Shown here: one piece after another, positions 37,915-50,444 of the stretch
Numbering within the stretch: position 1 is the stretch's first letter
Layout: every line of letters starts with the position of its first letter
Source of the DNA: Camelus dromedarius
Taxonomy: Eukaryota
Assembly: GCF_036321535.1 (NCBI RefSeq)
Contig: NC_087437.1
Location: 113,276,001 to 113,340,000 of the forward strand
DNA: 64,000 bases
Direction of reading: 5' to 3'
Program-made: the position numbers and the translations under genes
Notes under the pieces: model-generated
The model's database searches: none
Told to the model about the DNA's origin: nothing
What the model saw: only the letters and a program-made list of their open reading frames with translations

Positions 37915-38270
37915 GAGTCAACCTCCGCTGAAAGGCTATTTGGGAGGAGCAGGCAGAGCATAGGGGATTTTGGGGGCAGTGGAACCACTCTGGATGATAC
38001 TGTCATGGTGGGTATGTCATTATCCATTTGTCCAAACCCAGAGAATGAACGATATCAAGAGTGAATCCTAATGTGAACTATGGATGGTGGGTGATCATGA
38101 TGTGTCAGGGTAGGTGCATCCGTCGTAAGAAATGCATCGATCGCTCTGGTGGGGGATGCTGATAACGGGGTGCACATGTGGCGTTGCGGTACAAGGGAAA
38201 CCTCTGTACCTTCTGCTCAATTTTACTGTGAACATAAAACTCTTCTAAAACATAAAGTCTATTTTAAAAT
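37915..38270 (+). mobile_element. Old L1MC-like 3' end
   Basis: ggggcagtggaaccactctggatgatactgtcatggtgg..catttgtccaaaccca..gagtgaatcctaatgtgaactatgg..ctctgtaccttctgctcaattttactgtgaacataaaact. Confidence 0.8.
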
Positions 38271-38429
38271 AATTAAGGCTATCGGAAGGACTGGAAAGGG
38301 TCTGCGCGATGCATAAGTGGGTGAGGCATCCTGGACGGAGCCAACACCAGATTCCATCACACAGCACACTGCGTTCTGGGGACCCCAAGTGGTTCTGCAC
38401 CCTGGCTTTGATGAGCTATGCTGGGGGAT

Positions 38430-38900
38430 GGCAGGGACAGGGCAGGGTCCTAAGCAGGAGCAAATGAAAGGCCTTATTTGCAAAGTAAGGATTTTGAACT
38501 TTAAAGACAACCGGTAAGTGTGGAAGAGTTGTTAAAAGCAGCATAGGGAGGAGATTGCATAGGTCTTCAGAAAGATCATTCAGGGAGCAGACAAGAGGTA
38601 GACCAGAAGTCGCCGGAGCAGAACAGGAAGGCAAGGTCAGAGGCTGTTTCAGAAACCCAGGTAAGAGGCATTCTGAGTGAACTGAGGCAGTGACAGTGAG
38701 GATGGGAAAGTGGAAGCAGATGTGAAATCTACAAAGCTGTAGCTGAATAAGTGAGGTTGAAAGAGAAGGTGGTGACAGCCTTTTCCTTGGATAGGATGGG
38801 GCAAAAGACAGATGGCAAGTGCAGGAATAAAGACAATGGCTAGGATTTGGAACCACAGAGCTTGAAATGCCTGCAAGTATCTGAGGGGAAGGTCCCCTAG
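38430..38900 (-). mobile_element. L2 internal fragment
   Basis: ggccttatttgcaaagtaaggattttgaacttt..aaagatcattc..gaggctgtttcagaaacccaggtaagag..ggcagtgacagtgaggatgg. Confidence 0.55.
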
Positions 38901-39364
38901 GAAGGTGGCTAGCCGGATGGAAACAGGAGATGTTACATTGTCCTTGACCCTGCATCTCTGACTACTTACCTCATGATCCCCACCCCCCAAATATACATAA
39001 TTTAGGTAACTAAATGAGGACATCATACTGGACTCCATGTTACATGAGTAGCCAGGATGGGCACAGTCTGAAAAAGAAATTTCTATATATTTGATCTGGA
39101 AATAAGTCACAACATTAGATTGAGAAAGTCCAGGAACAGAAGGGGCACCAGCATTATCTTGCAGGAGGAAATTAAGGAATGTATTACATCGTAGGTTAGT
39201 AGGTCTTCTGCTGTGAGTAGCAATTAGCCAGACCCCCTGGAAATCTGAGACAGACCGAACTACCCATTCTTATCATCTCTCTATTAGGTCCAGTAAGTAA
39301 TAAGATAGCCAGTGCCCCATCTGAAGCTACTGGACAATCATTTTTGAGGCCATTTAAAGTACTA

Positions 39365-39590
39365 GCGATGTAACGTACAACATGAATGATACAATTATTA
39401 CTGCTGTATGTTATATATGAAAGTTGCTAAGAGTAAATCCTAAGAGTTCTCATCACCAGGAAAAAACTTTTCTTTTTCTTCTCTTGTATCTGTATGATGG
39501 ATGTGCACTAAAGTCAAATCATTATGCTGTACACCTTAAACTTACACAGTGCTGTATGTCACTTAGATCTCAACAAAACTGGAAGAAAAA
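39365..39590 (+). mobile_element. L1MB-like 3' end
   Basis: tgaaagttgctaagagtaaatcctaagagttctcatcac..caaatcattatgctgtacaccttaaacttacacagtgctgtatgtca..atctcaacaaaactggaagaaaa. Confidence 0.8.
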
Positions 39591-40249
39591 CAATGTTTAA
39601 TAAAGTAAAATGGGCCATTTAATTGAAGCCACTGACAAGTGAAGTTCACTGTCTACGACAACTGAACTGGTTGTGTAACAGCAAGACTGCCAGGCAGGTT
39701 GCTGTCACAGGGCAGCAGGTAGACTGGACCGACCAGCCCTATTCTAGGGCCAAGCCCTGGCACCTGCTCCAATCCTGGTGGGTCCCATTTGGGCCCTGGG
39801 GCGGTGGGCTTGCCCAGAGAGGGCAAAGTCTTTCTAGACAGAAGTAATGCTTCCTGAGGGTTAGCCAAGAATCTCCTGAACCCAGTGGGTCCTCCGAGAG
39901 TTGCATGCTGGCCAGAGTGACTTTACAGGAGCCTGGGACACATTACAACACATTCCCAAGAGTGGGCTGTGTGTGTCTCTGCTGACAGCGCCTTGGCCAC
40001 CAGCCTCTGCTGGCCACGCCGTCGGGCTGCGTTCACGCTAATGCCATGCACAGAGTAGAAGTGGGTTTCCAGTCCCAACTGTAACACTTGACTAGTCGTG
40101 TGACCCCAGGCAAGGGGCACCTAGCCTTTGGGCCCCAGGTTCTCCACCTGAAGAACAATAAAAACAGTAGGCAGGCAACCAAACCACCCCCCACACACAA
40201 CCCCAATCCCCCCCAAAAAAACAGCAAATAAGAAAATGTGATTCTCAAA

Positions 40250-40445
40250 TGTTTCTCTGAACCTCAAATTTAGAGATTTTTAGGCTGGGTGTATAGGAAT
40301 CACTTGAGGAGCTTGTTAGAAATTTAGCACTAAAGACAGAGGCCAGGTCGCTGGTGCTGGGACTGGGGAAGTTCTGGGGCGTCTGTATGTGGAATCAGCT
40401 CTCTAGGTGATTCTGGTAAACAGCCAGATTTGGGAGCCGCTGGAT
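40250..40445. mobile_element. MER5B-like hAT MITE
   Basis: gaatcacttgaggagcttgttagaa..cagctctctaggtgattctg..cagccagatttgggagccgctg. Confidence 0.5.
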
Positions 40446-42337
40446 TACATGATTACTAAGTCTCTCCCAGCACGTACACTGTATGACTCAATGCATGTAT
40501 CTAATCAGCGCTCATGACCAGTTCAATGACCGTGACCCCAAACCCAGCACAGTGTAGCTGCGTTACTCAGACATTGCTTACACTTGCTGATGAATAGCTC
40601 TTTGCTTTACAGAAAACAGAATAAGACAAAATTAGTCAGGGGTCCTAAAATAGATCTGGTCTCTCATTTCTCTTGAATGAATTTACTAAAACTGAAAAGA
40701 ATGTCAGCCACGAATGTCCCTGAGCTCAAAGGAGGGAGGTGGGGGGTTGGCAGGTCGGGGGCCATGAGCTCTGATTCCACCAGGACCGCTGATTTGCAGG
40801 GATGACCCTGAGCAGAATTTTTGCTTTTATCTTTTAAATTGCCTTTCGACTCTGTAAAGTAGAAGTAACCACCGCCAATCTGTCTCCCGGGGCTCTTGGG
40901 AAGAATCCATAAGGAATCTGTTATCAAGCTGACTTTTACAACTGACACCAAGCGTCAGGGAACACCAGGGAGAAAGTCACATGGCACTACTTCCAGACCC
41001 AAAGCGTCTGCACCGCCGTTACACCGACAGCTCAAAATAAGAGAACCTGACCAAGAATTCCCAAGGAGGAAGGAGACGGCCCTGTTTGTTTTGCTTTCAC
41101 AGGTAAGGCAAGTCCAGCTTCAGAACCACAAGAGCCTGCTTATCTACCTTCAAGCGTGTTGGAAACGGGGCCGGTCTGCACGGCCTGGTCAGCAGTTGCA
41201 ACTTCCTCTCCCAAACGTGCTGGCATTCGCCCTGAAGCAAGCAGGGTCAGCGTGGATGGAAAGAATGACAGCGTGTCCTTCCATCTTCTTGAGGCTCTGG
41301 CTGATATGGAAACAGGCTGGCGCAGGCGGCAGTGGAAAGTATGAATCCATTCTTGCCTGGGGTTGAGTGACTGAAGAATAATCAGATCGGGGCTCGTGTT
41401 CAAATATCACTGCAGCTCACTTGTCAGGCTGTTATCCAGTCACGTCCTTCGGGGCTGCAGGAATTATGCGCTGCAGCTCGGAGCAGCTGGAGAGACGGCG
41501 CCTGCAACAGCGGGTGGGGGCTGAGGTCATGAGAACCAAGGTGGGGCGGTGAGGTGCTGGCGGTGCTTCTCGCCTCCCATTGCCCAGCACAGTTCTGGAA
41601 GCTTCTCCAAGGCCACTCACCTTGGTGGGAGCCTCACTGTGATCCTAGGAGGTGTGCAGTATTTGCCCCGCTTTATCCTCATAGAGTTGAAAGGCAATTA
41701 ATCTGAGGCTGCACAGAGCAGGGACCCCAAGCCCAGGCCCTTTGAGTCTGAAGCCTGAGACCTGGGAGCTTCCCACCACGCACATGTGTCACATGCACAT
41801 TCACAGGTGCAGAAGCTCCTTGTAAGTCAAGGGAAAGCAGAGAGAAGTATGGGACACAGGGGTGTTTGTGAAAAGGACAGGTAGGGAGGAGGGAGCGGAG
41901 TTTTAGGCCAAAACTTCAAATATGGCTTTTAAACAAGCACTCAGAGAAGAACCCCCCTGCCAAACAGATGTACTGAGCAGTGAGTCCTGAGTTCTAGGCC
42001 CTTCTGGGGACAGGCTCAGGGTCGCCCCGGAGATGTCTTCGTCTCTGTGGGAAAGAGCAACTGGACACGTGTTCCAGCTGGAGGGTTTAAGTAGCCAGTG
42101 TTTGGGCCTCCCCTGTAATTCTGTCAGAGTCTCAGGATGGAAAGTTGCTTAGTCCTGCGTCCCAGTCAACTTAAGACACTGTTTCTAGGGTCCTGACTGT
42201 CTCTGCTCAGACAGCTCCAGGACTGGGCAGAGCAAGGAAGGGAGGAGTAAAGGCTTCTTAAAAACAGAACAAAGCAAAATTGAGTATCTCTGGAAGTCAG
42301 AAAATAAGTTGAGCTTGCCCCCTTAAAGGTCTTTTCA

Positions 42338-42473
42338 GGAGGGGAGGGTATAACCCAGTGTTAGAGCGCATGCTTAGCAGGCACCAGGTCCTGGGCTCAA
42401 TCCCCAGCACCTCCATCAATCAATCAGTCAACCTAATTTAGCTCCCCTCAAAACAAAACAAAAAATTTTTTTA
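42338..42473 (+). mobile_element. tRNA(Ala)-derived camelid SINE (Vic-1-like), more diverged copy
   Basis: ggggagggtataacccagtgttagagcgcatgcttagcaggcaccaggtcctgggctcaatccccagcacctcca. TSD aaaggtcttttca (42325-42337) / aaagatcttttca (42474-42486). Confidence 0.88.
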
Positions 42474-43204
42474 AAAGATCTTTTCAATCTGAGAAAGTAT
42501 TATTCATACCCTCTCCTTCCTCTTACTTGAAAAGTTTTCTCAAACAGGAGAAAAGAGGAAGGGGAAATTCCATCCCCCGCAAGCCCCCAACTCTCCTCAC
42601 ACCGTTTGCTAAATTCTGATCACGGAAGTCAAGAGCCCCAAAGGAAAGGAGTGGCCATTCCCAGACGGCAGTCCCATTATATGTGACAAAAATCCCTAAG
42701 AATGAAAAGTCTCTATTGTTTACAGAACCTAAAAAATACTAAACACAGTTAGGATACCTCACATGACAGTTTCAGTAGAGTATTTATGGAAAAAAAAAAT
42801 AAGTGAGGAAGATGGGTCAGTGGTCTGCACGTCGGCTGAGCAAGACAGCGGGCAGGGCAGCTCCCGGGGCTCTGCTTCCTTCCTGCAGAGCGGGCACCGC
42901 TCTCTTAAGGTCCGAGAATTAGAGACCAGACTGCCCGTGACCTCCCAGCTCTGACTTTGTTATCAAAATGCCAACAGGGCTGCTCTCCTGCAAGCTGGGT
43001 GAGTCATTAGTCCTGCAGGTGATTTCTCAAGGAATGGTCCCAGGCGCGGCATGCTCTGGGTGGGACTGGGAACAGTGCGGGTCTCCCCCTGTGACCTCTT
43101 AGGATTGGGGGGGAAAGGGTCTGTGCTCACTGGCGAAGGCGCTCTGCCTTCTCGGCCTTTGACCGCAGGTTCCCATGAGCCCCGGATTTTCAGTTACGAC
43201 TCCT

Positions 43205-43900
43205 GCCTATTTACAAGCAGACACTGCTCTAGGTGCTGGGAACGAGTGGTCAGGAGGACGGAAGCCTTCAGGAAGCTCCCATTTCAGCATAGAGAGGAAA
43301 TAAGCAGTTATGTACCCGGATGTCTGGGAGCGACAAGGGGTCTGAAGGCGACTGTGAGGACAGATGGGAAGGGGGTGGGGGACAGTGCACCAGTTTAGCC
43401 AGGGGCTCAAGGAAGATCCTGGAGGAGGTGACATCTGGGCAGAGACCTAGAAGACAGGGAGTAAGCCCCGTGTGTTGATTGGGAAGAATTTTCCAGGGTT
43501 CCAGACCTTTGCGGGAGGGACCGTACTTGGCACACTGGAGAACTCACAACAAGGGCATGATCCAAGTGGAGACTTGGGGGGAGGCAGACGGCGGCCAATT
43601 CATGGACAACTTCACGGGCCCAGAAAAGCATTCTGGAGCTTGTGCTGCCTGTGCTGGGATGCAGCTGGAGAATTCTGAGCGAAGAGAGTGACCGGATTGG
43701 ACTTCTGTTTTAAAAACACCACTGGCTGCTATGTGGAGAGCTGGAGTTCTAGCAGGGGGCAAAGGTAGAGGCGAGGATTCGGAGGCCATTGCAATAATCC
43801 AGGGAATCAACGATCCTGGGTTAGATGAGGGAGTAGGAGCTGGAGGGCAGGTGAACTCAGAGCATCTTCTGACAAGACACCCGAAGACCCTGCACCTGGG
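43205..43900 (-). mobile_element. L2 fragment
   Basis: cagacactgctctaggtgctggga..gaggaggtgacatctgggcagagacctagaag..ccactggctgctatgtggagag..ggaggccattgcaataatccagg. Confidence 0.7.
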
Positions 43901-44009
43901 CTGGACGTGAGGCTTGGGGAAAGGAGTCGGGTGGCTGCCATTTTAGAGCATCAAAGGGAGAACACCTCTTGCTTGTTTTAGGAACCACGGTGCTAATAAA
44001 TTCCTGCAG

Positions 44010-44375
44010 ATTCTTCCCCCCAGCTTTACTGAGGTTTAATTGACCGCAGAAGTTGTACATATTTAAGGTGCACAACATGATGGATTGACATACACACAGT
44101 GTGAAATGACTACGACAGTCAAGCTAATTAATACATCCATCACTTCACACGTTACCCCTTTTTTCCATGTGTGTGGTGAGAACATTTACGATCTGCTGTC
44201 TTAGCCAATCTCAAGTATACAGCTCAGGATTATCAGCTATTCTCACCATGCTGTACATTAGGTCTCCAGAACTTACATTCACCTTAAAACTGAAAGTGTG
44301 TACCATTTGACCAACATCTCCCCATCTTCCCCACCCCCCACAACCCGTGATAACCACCATTCTACTCTGTTTCAG
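44010..44375 (-). mobile_element. L1MA-type 3' UTR fragment
   Basis: cagctttactgaggt..tgtacatatttaaggtgcacaacatgatg..caagctaattaatacatccatcacttcacac..gtggtgagaacattta..aaccaccattctactctgtttc. Confidence 0.85.
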
Positions 44376-44401
44376 CTGGAGGGCTAAGATTATACCAATA
44401 G

Positions 44402-44778
44402 TGTTATGGGCTGACCTGTGACCCACCCCCAAATTCGTATGTTGAAGCCCGAAACCCCTAGACCTCAGAATGTGACTGTATTTGGAGACAGGGACTTTAA
44501 GAGGAGATACGGTACAACGAGGTCCTTGGGGCAGGCTCTAATCCGATCTGATTGATGTCCTCGTAAGAAGAGGGAATTAGGGTACAGACACGCACAGAGG
44601 GACGACCCGGCAAGAAGCAGCCGTCTACAAGCCATGGAGCAAGGCCTCAGGAGAAACCAAGCCTGCCAACATCTCACTCTTGGACTTAGAGCCTCCGGAA
44701 CTGTAAGAAAATAAGCTGTGACGTGTAAGCTGCCCAGTCTGTGGAACTTTGATATGGCAGCCGTGGAAAACTAATACA
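44402..44778 (+). mobile_element. MLT1B-like solo LTR
   Basis: tgttatgggctga..ccaaattcgtatgttgaagccc..cctcagaatgtgactgtatttggagacaggg..ggaaaactaataca (TG...CA ends). Confidence 0.88.
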
Positions 44779-44900
44779 AAGAGCCTCTATGTTGTTTTAA
44801 ATCTCTGTAGGTTGATAAACTTAACCCCAATTTTTGGAGATCTTGTGACCAGATCAGCCACCACAGACTCCTGAAGGCTGACCATTAAAAATTCAAACTC

Positions 44901-44932
44901 TACACACACACAGACAGACACACACACACACA
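44901..44932. repeat. Imperfect (CA)n microsatellite
   Basis: acacacacacagacagacacacacacacaca read directly. Confidence 0.8.
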
Positions 44933-45942
44933 TGCGCACCAAGCTAAACAGGTTAAGAAGTCTAACCCAGAGCCAGCTGTTTACTCCCAGTTACCACAGG
45001 ACAGCTTTCCTTTGAGCTTCCTGCTCTAGGGCCCTGCGTCTCCAGCTCCTGTGTGGATTCTGAGGACGGGGCTGACCAGAGACAGCTGGCAAGAGCCCTC
45101 CAAGAGCCCAGTCTGCCACCTGCCACCAGGCAACAATTTTTTTAGGTTAACTCTTGCCCGTATTCCAGACGTGGAGAAGTCACACCTCATTTCAAAGACT
45201 ATTCGTACCCCTCCCTGGCCCTCAGAAGACATTAGTAATCCAAAGGGGAAGTCAGAGACTCAGGTAGCACCCAACAATCTCATGGCAAAATGATGGTCCA
45301 AAACAAACCTTCAGAGTATTTCTCTTTCCTAGTGTTTCTACCAAATCTAAGACAACAGACGTTACTATGGTTAAAAAAAAATTGTATTTGGTAAAAATAA
45401 AACTTCATAATTACAGTGTGTTCTTGTGAAAAACTCCGCAAATACAGCCTTCTTGCAAAAGGTTTTCTTTTACTGACCTCCTCTTCTGTCATCGCTGACT
45501 GCAGTGGAAAATTACATTCCCCTACGAAAGATCGTCCTGTTGATATTGACACCAATTAAGATTTTCATCAAATTGCTAGGTGAGACGGTGTAATGAGGGA
45601 CAGGCCAGGGGAAAATTACAAAGGGTGCAGAGGACATCAGTCCAAAGGAGATAAATCCCGAAGAGATCATAAGTTGTTTTTAACTTTGGCTCATGTGCTT
45701 ACAAATTTTTAAAAAATGCTCACAGGTCAAGCTCCTTCAAACCATTGCAGAAGCAAGTACCTGCTTGCCTGGGGGACAAAGTCTTTTCGAAAAGAAATCT
45801 GTACGTTTTCTAAGTCTGACTTTCATGAGAGGATTCATCAGAGTATCCTGAATCCAAATGACAAAACTAAATGCACACTGACTACTAGCCCCTACAGCCC
45901 CATACAAATGTGTGACATTAGGAACTAAAAGCAAGAAGTATC

Positions 45943-46182
45943 TCTGACAGGTGTATATAGAATAGATAAACAAGATTATACTGTACAGCACAGGGAAATA
46001 CATACAAGATCTTGTGGGAGCTCACGATGAAAAAGAATGTGACAATGAATATATGTATGAATATATATGACTGAAAAATTGTGCGCTACACTGGTAATTA
46101 ACACAACATTGTAAACTGACTATAACTCAATAAAATAAAATAAAATAAAATAAAATAAAATAAAATAAAATAAAATAAAATA
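45943..46182 (+). mobile_element. Short 5'-truncated L1 with (TAAAA)n tail and TSD
   Basis: Same 3' UTR variant as 27180-27370 (gaaatacatacaagatcttgtgg..gaatgtgacaatgaatata). The tail has become (TAAAA)n at ~46129-46185. TSD aaaagcaagaagtatc (45927-45942) / aaaagcaagctgtatc (46183-46198). Confidence 0.9.
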
Positions 46183-46467
46183 AAAAGCAAGCTGTATCCA
46201 TTATCCGAGGGTCACACTTTGATATGCATTCAGTGGATACCAGTTTCATATGCTGAAAGGGCAGTGTTTTAAAATTTTACATGCTCGTTTGAAGACAACT
46301 GTGAGGACAGATGGGAAGGGGCAGGGACAGTGCGCTGCTTTAGCTAGAGATTCAAGGAAGCTCTCTGAGGAACTGACATCTGGGCAGAGCTCTTTATATC
46401 TGCATCTGTGAATACGGAACTCCGTTTTGCTTGTGTACATAGATGGACACATATAGACACACAAGCA

Positions 46468-46934
46468 CAGGAATACCTCGTTTTATTGCATTTTGAAGAC
46501 ACTGCGTTTTTAATAAATTGAAGGCTTGTGGCAACCCTGCCTCAGGCCGGTCTATCGGTGCCATTTTTCCAACAGCGTTTGCTCATTTTGTGTCCCTGCA
46601 CCACCTGTTGGTAATTCTTGAAACATTTCAGACTTTTTCATTACTATGACGCTTGTTATGGTGATCTGTGGTGAGTGATATTTGATGTTACTATAAGACG
46701 CACTGAAGGCTCAGATGCTGGTTAGCATTTTTTTGGAATAAACTACTTTTTAATTAAGTTATATCCAATGTATTTGTAGACATAATGCTATTGTACACTT
46801 AATAGGCTACAGTATAGCGTGAACATAACTTTTATGTGCTCTGGGAAACCCAGAAATTCGTGTGGCTCACTTTATTGCAATAACTGGCTTTATAGCTGTG
46901 GTCTGGGACCCACGCTGTGTCTGAGGTCGACCTG
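46468..46934. mobile_element. Tigger1-derived internally deleted DNA transposon (TcMar-Tigger)
   Basis: Terminal inverted repeats caggaatacctcg ... tgaggtcgacctg|ta. Internal aaattgaaggcttgtggcaaccctgc and actgaaggctcagatg..ttagcattttt match the Tigger1 ends. Confidence 0.85.
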
Positions 46935-47039
46935 TAGATGTAGTTGTACATCTCTCCTCTCAGTTCTGTTTCTCTGCAGAACCCCGACTAAGACCTAAGT
47001 CTGGAGAACACCTTTCAATGCTTACCCATCTTCCCTTTG

Positions 47040-47420
47040 TTTCTTACTTCCCACTCACACCGGCTTCCTGCGTGAATACCCCACGCTCATTCTTCTGAGG
47101 CCTCTGCACCAGCCACCCCCTATCTGGATCTTACCAGGCTCTCAACACCCCTGAGATCTCAGTTTGTATGTCACCTCATCAGAGAACCTTCCGGGCTCCC
47201 ATTAAATCTCTCCTGTTCTCCTTCCTCACGGCTCCTCAGGTGCCTCACTCGGGGCACTAATCATAAACTATCACCAAGACATTTAAACATATCATCTGTC
47301 TCTGCTGTGAAAATGCACCTCCCCTGACGGCAAAGGCAAGGTTCTGGTTCCCCCGGGGCTAAGGACACCGCCAGAAGCATTCAGTAAATGTCAGCTGGAC
47401 GAACAGGTGAACGACTGAAT
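47040..47420 (+). mobile_element. L2 3' region
   Basis: ccactcacaccggcttcctg..gatctcagtttgtatgtcacctcatcagagaaccttcc..cattcagtaaatgtcagctggacgaac..gactgaatg. Confidence 0.55.
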
Positions 47421-48134
47421 GGCTGTCTGGTGAGCACGCCTCACAGGATACCAATCTTAGGACTCCTCTAAATCAGAATGAGAACTGGAAACGGAAGGAA
47501 AATTGTTCTGAATTCCCTTTCTAAATTGCATCTCTTCGGTGGAGTCTTATCTCTGCATTATTCTGACACACATTTTTTTCATGTTAACAAATCTCCCCCT
47601 CATCCAGCACCTGCTCCTCACCTAGTACCCTACGGGGCTGCAATATTCCAGGCCACTGGGATTTTAGCCAACGCTTCTTCCTATGGCTGATCTGTCCCTG
47701 GGCGAGGCTGCAGAGGAAGGTTACAGAAGGACTAGAAGACACGTCTCCTGCACTTGAGAAGCTAGAAATCTCCTGGAGAAGTAAAACCGTGTCCTTGTTA
47801 AAACATAAAGATCATCTGGCCAATGACAGCTGTAGCATAAAGTGACCACAATGATTGGATTTGGTTGGGCTAGAAATTTCTGGGCACAATACTATTCTCT
47901 GTTATGATCTGGGGGCGATAAGGAATTGTTTATTTAGTAAAAACCCATCAAGCTGCGCCCATATAATGCACGTCCAAGGTGATACCTGTGCGGTGTTCAG
48001 AAGAAACCAGGAAACAAAAGCTTTCTCCTTACGAAGAGTAGAGAATCAAGAGAGAGCCGAGTCCCGCGCCCACCTCCAGGATGCTGCACCACTGGAGATC
48101 TGTCAGAAGGGATCTGTTCCCTAGTTTGGTAGGT

Positions 48135-48450
48135 ACTGATTTAGCCCCTACTGTATACCGGGCACAGCCCTCGGACCTGGGAACGTAGATACAGCGTGAA
48201 CAAAAGGAGAAAAAACCCCGCCCGCATGCAGTTCAGAGTTGGGTAGGAAGAGGCAGACAATAAATAGTGAGACCCACCGCGGGTCTTGTGGGGACAAAGT
48301 GGGGGACAGAAGGTCCAGGGGACAGGGTGCAGCTGAAATAGGATGGCCAGGGTCCTGCCCCCTGAGAAGGTGACATTTGAGCCAAGACCCAAAGCGGGTG
48401 AGGAAGCCAGATCTAGCTTTCTGGGCGAAGGGAAGAGCAGGCACAGAGCC
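48135..48450 (-). mobile_element. L2 3' fragment
   Basis: ccctactgtataccgggcac..gatacagcgtgaacaaaa..cctgagaaggtgacatttgagccaagacc. Confidence 0.6.
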
Positions 48451-50444
48451 CTGTGGTGCAGACCAGGAGCCCGAGGAGGGGCGCGCCAGCCGCTGGAGGG
48501 GTGCTGAGGGGCTCCGCACCAGGGAACCCCTGGTGGGTATGAGCCAAGGGACAGAAATTGAAGCTGGGCTTCAAACACAATGACTCTGAGACCAAACAGC
48601 TTAAGTCATTTGAAAGCACTGAAAAGTTTAAAAAGCTAAAGCTCTAATTTGTTCTTAGAAGCAATGGTCAGTAACATACATGTAAACTAAAAGGAAATGT
48701 GCAGTGTACTGTGTGTATGTGGTTACATGCAATAGAATGTATGTATGCAGCTTTACTGTAGTAATTCTACCTAATAAAACTGAAAAGGAAAAAAAAAATT
48801 TTCAGTTAACTGAAAATAGATAGATAAATAAATAAATGCCACTAAATTCCAATTCAATTAATTGATCTACCTAAAGGGGTCCAGATCCCCACAAATTGGA
48901 TTTTTTGATTAGCAGGCAAATATCCAACTGGCCAGCAGTTTATGCGAGTTGGCAGAAAGAGCCACCATCTAATCTGACCCCCATCACCCCTCCTTCCCCC
49001 ACCCCTGTCCCCGCTGCAACATGCATGGTTGCATAGCAAACGGAAGCGCGGCCAGGATTTGAGCTGTAAAAATGTCGTTGCATGGGATGGGGAAGCGCTC
49101 CCACCCCCTCGCACCCTGTCAGACTTTCCAGGCCCACCATCTTGACCAAGTCTTCCTTTTTAGAGAGACGAAAAAAATGATGGGGAGCTAGAAAACCTGA
49201 GAAAATAACCCTCATTCACCCCAATGTTTGAACTTTCATTCTGGAGTTAAGTTCTGCTCTTGGGGGCCACTGGTGGGGCAGGGGTAGCTCCCAGCCTCGC
49301 AGGGCACCTGGGCGTCAGGACCGGTCAGGGACACCCCCTCTGGCCCCATCTGCAGGTAGCTCTCCTGCTGGACTCAGGCCCCCTCCCCAAATAAAACTGC
49401 CTTCCTTATTTCAGGGTGACAGCACCCAAGCACAGGGCCACAGCCGGCTGGCGCTGCCTCCTGATTGACTGGCTAAAAAAAGATTTGATAAAACCCAAGG
49501 ATCAGTATTTAGGCTGCTGCTCTCTGAATACAACACCAGAATCGGGAGGTGATTAAAGTTTAAGTGGGAGGGGGAGGGGTAAATCCTGTTTTCCCAGCAC
49601 CAGGATTAGACAACACATCAACACAATGGGACGGTTTGTTCCCATGCACACCCACCGAATCCCTGATCTCCTTTTCCATCCGAGCCACCTTTCTGGGACC
49701 ATCTAGGTGCCTATCATTGCTCTACAGCAGGGCTCACAGTCTACATGGACACAGCCATTTATCAAGGACCCGTGTTGATTTGTGTGGTCTTAAAAAGTGA
49801 ACAGAACCTAATTGTCTGTGACTTGTGTTTCCTGATTCCAAGAAGAAACATTTCTTGGCTCAGGCCATCTTGTCCTTGACCAGATTTTCCTATATGATTT
49901 CCACGTACCCTAGGGCTTATTGGGAGACATCAATCTACAATCACAGGAAACCTCAATGGCCTGACTTAATTGGAGCACCAGGAGGATGTGGGAAGGGACT
50001 GGGGTGCTATTCCTTTTAAGCGCATATGGAAGCATGAAGATGGACCCGCTCTGGGCTCTGAGCAGCCATGAGGGCTTCGCTACACAGAACACCCATGAGC
50101 TCAGTACTGCACCAACGCCGACATGACTGCAAATACACGTGGGTTGGCCCTCCCTCTGTAATGAGCTAAATCTTCCATCACTTACATTTCAGTAAAATTT
50201 AACCCAAGTTTACACAGACTGGGACTTCAGATGATGACTTCAATCCTGCTTTAGTTTGGAGAAGTTCACTATGAAACGGTTTCATACAAGAAACCTGATC
50301 ATGGAGGGACGCCTAACAGTAAAGCACCAATATTTTTAGGTCAAAGATGCTCAAATATGAGCAATTTCCTGGGTTTCGACATAATGCTAATTAGCCCAAC
50401 AACCAAGTGCTAACAGAGTGCCTATAACCAACCGTTGGCCAAGG

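Noticed and set aside
38416..39110. Longest ORFs in the window (179 aa and 153 aa, minus strand)
   Set aside because: They mostly overlap a decayed L2, have low-complexity Ser/Leu/Pro composition, and show no clear reverse-transcriptase motifs.
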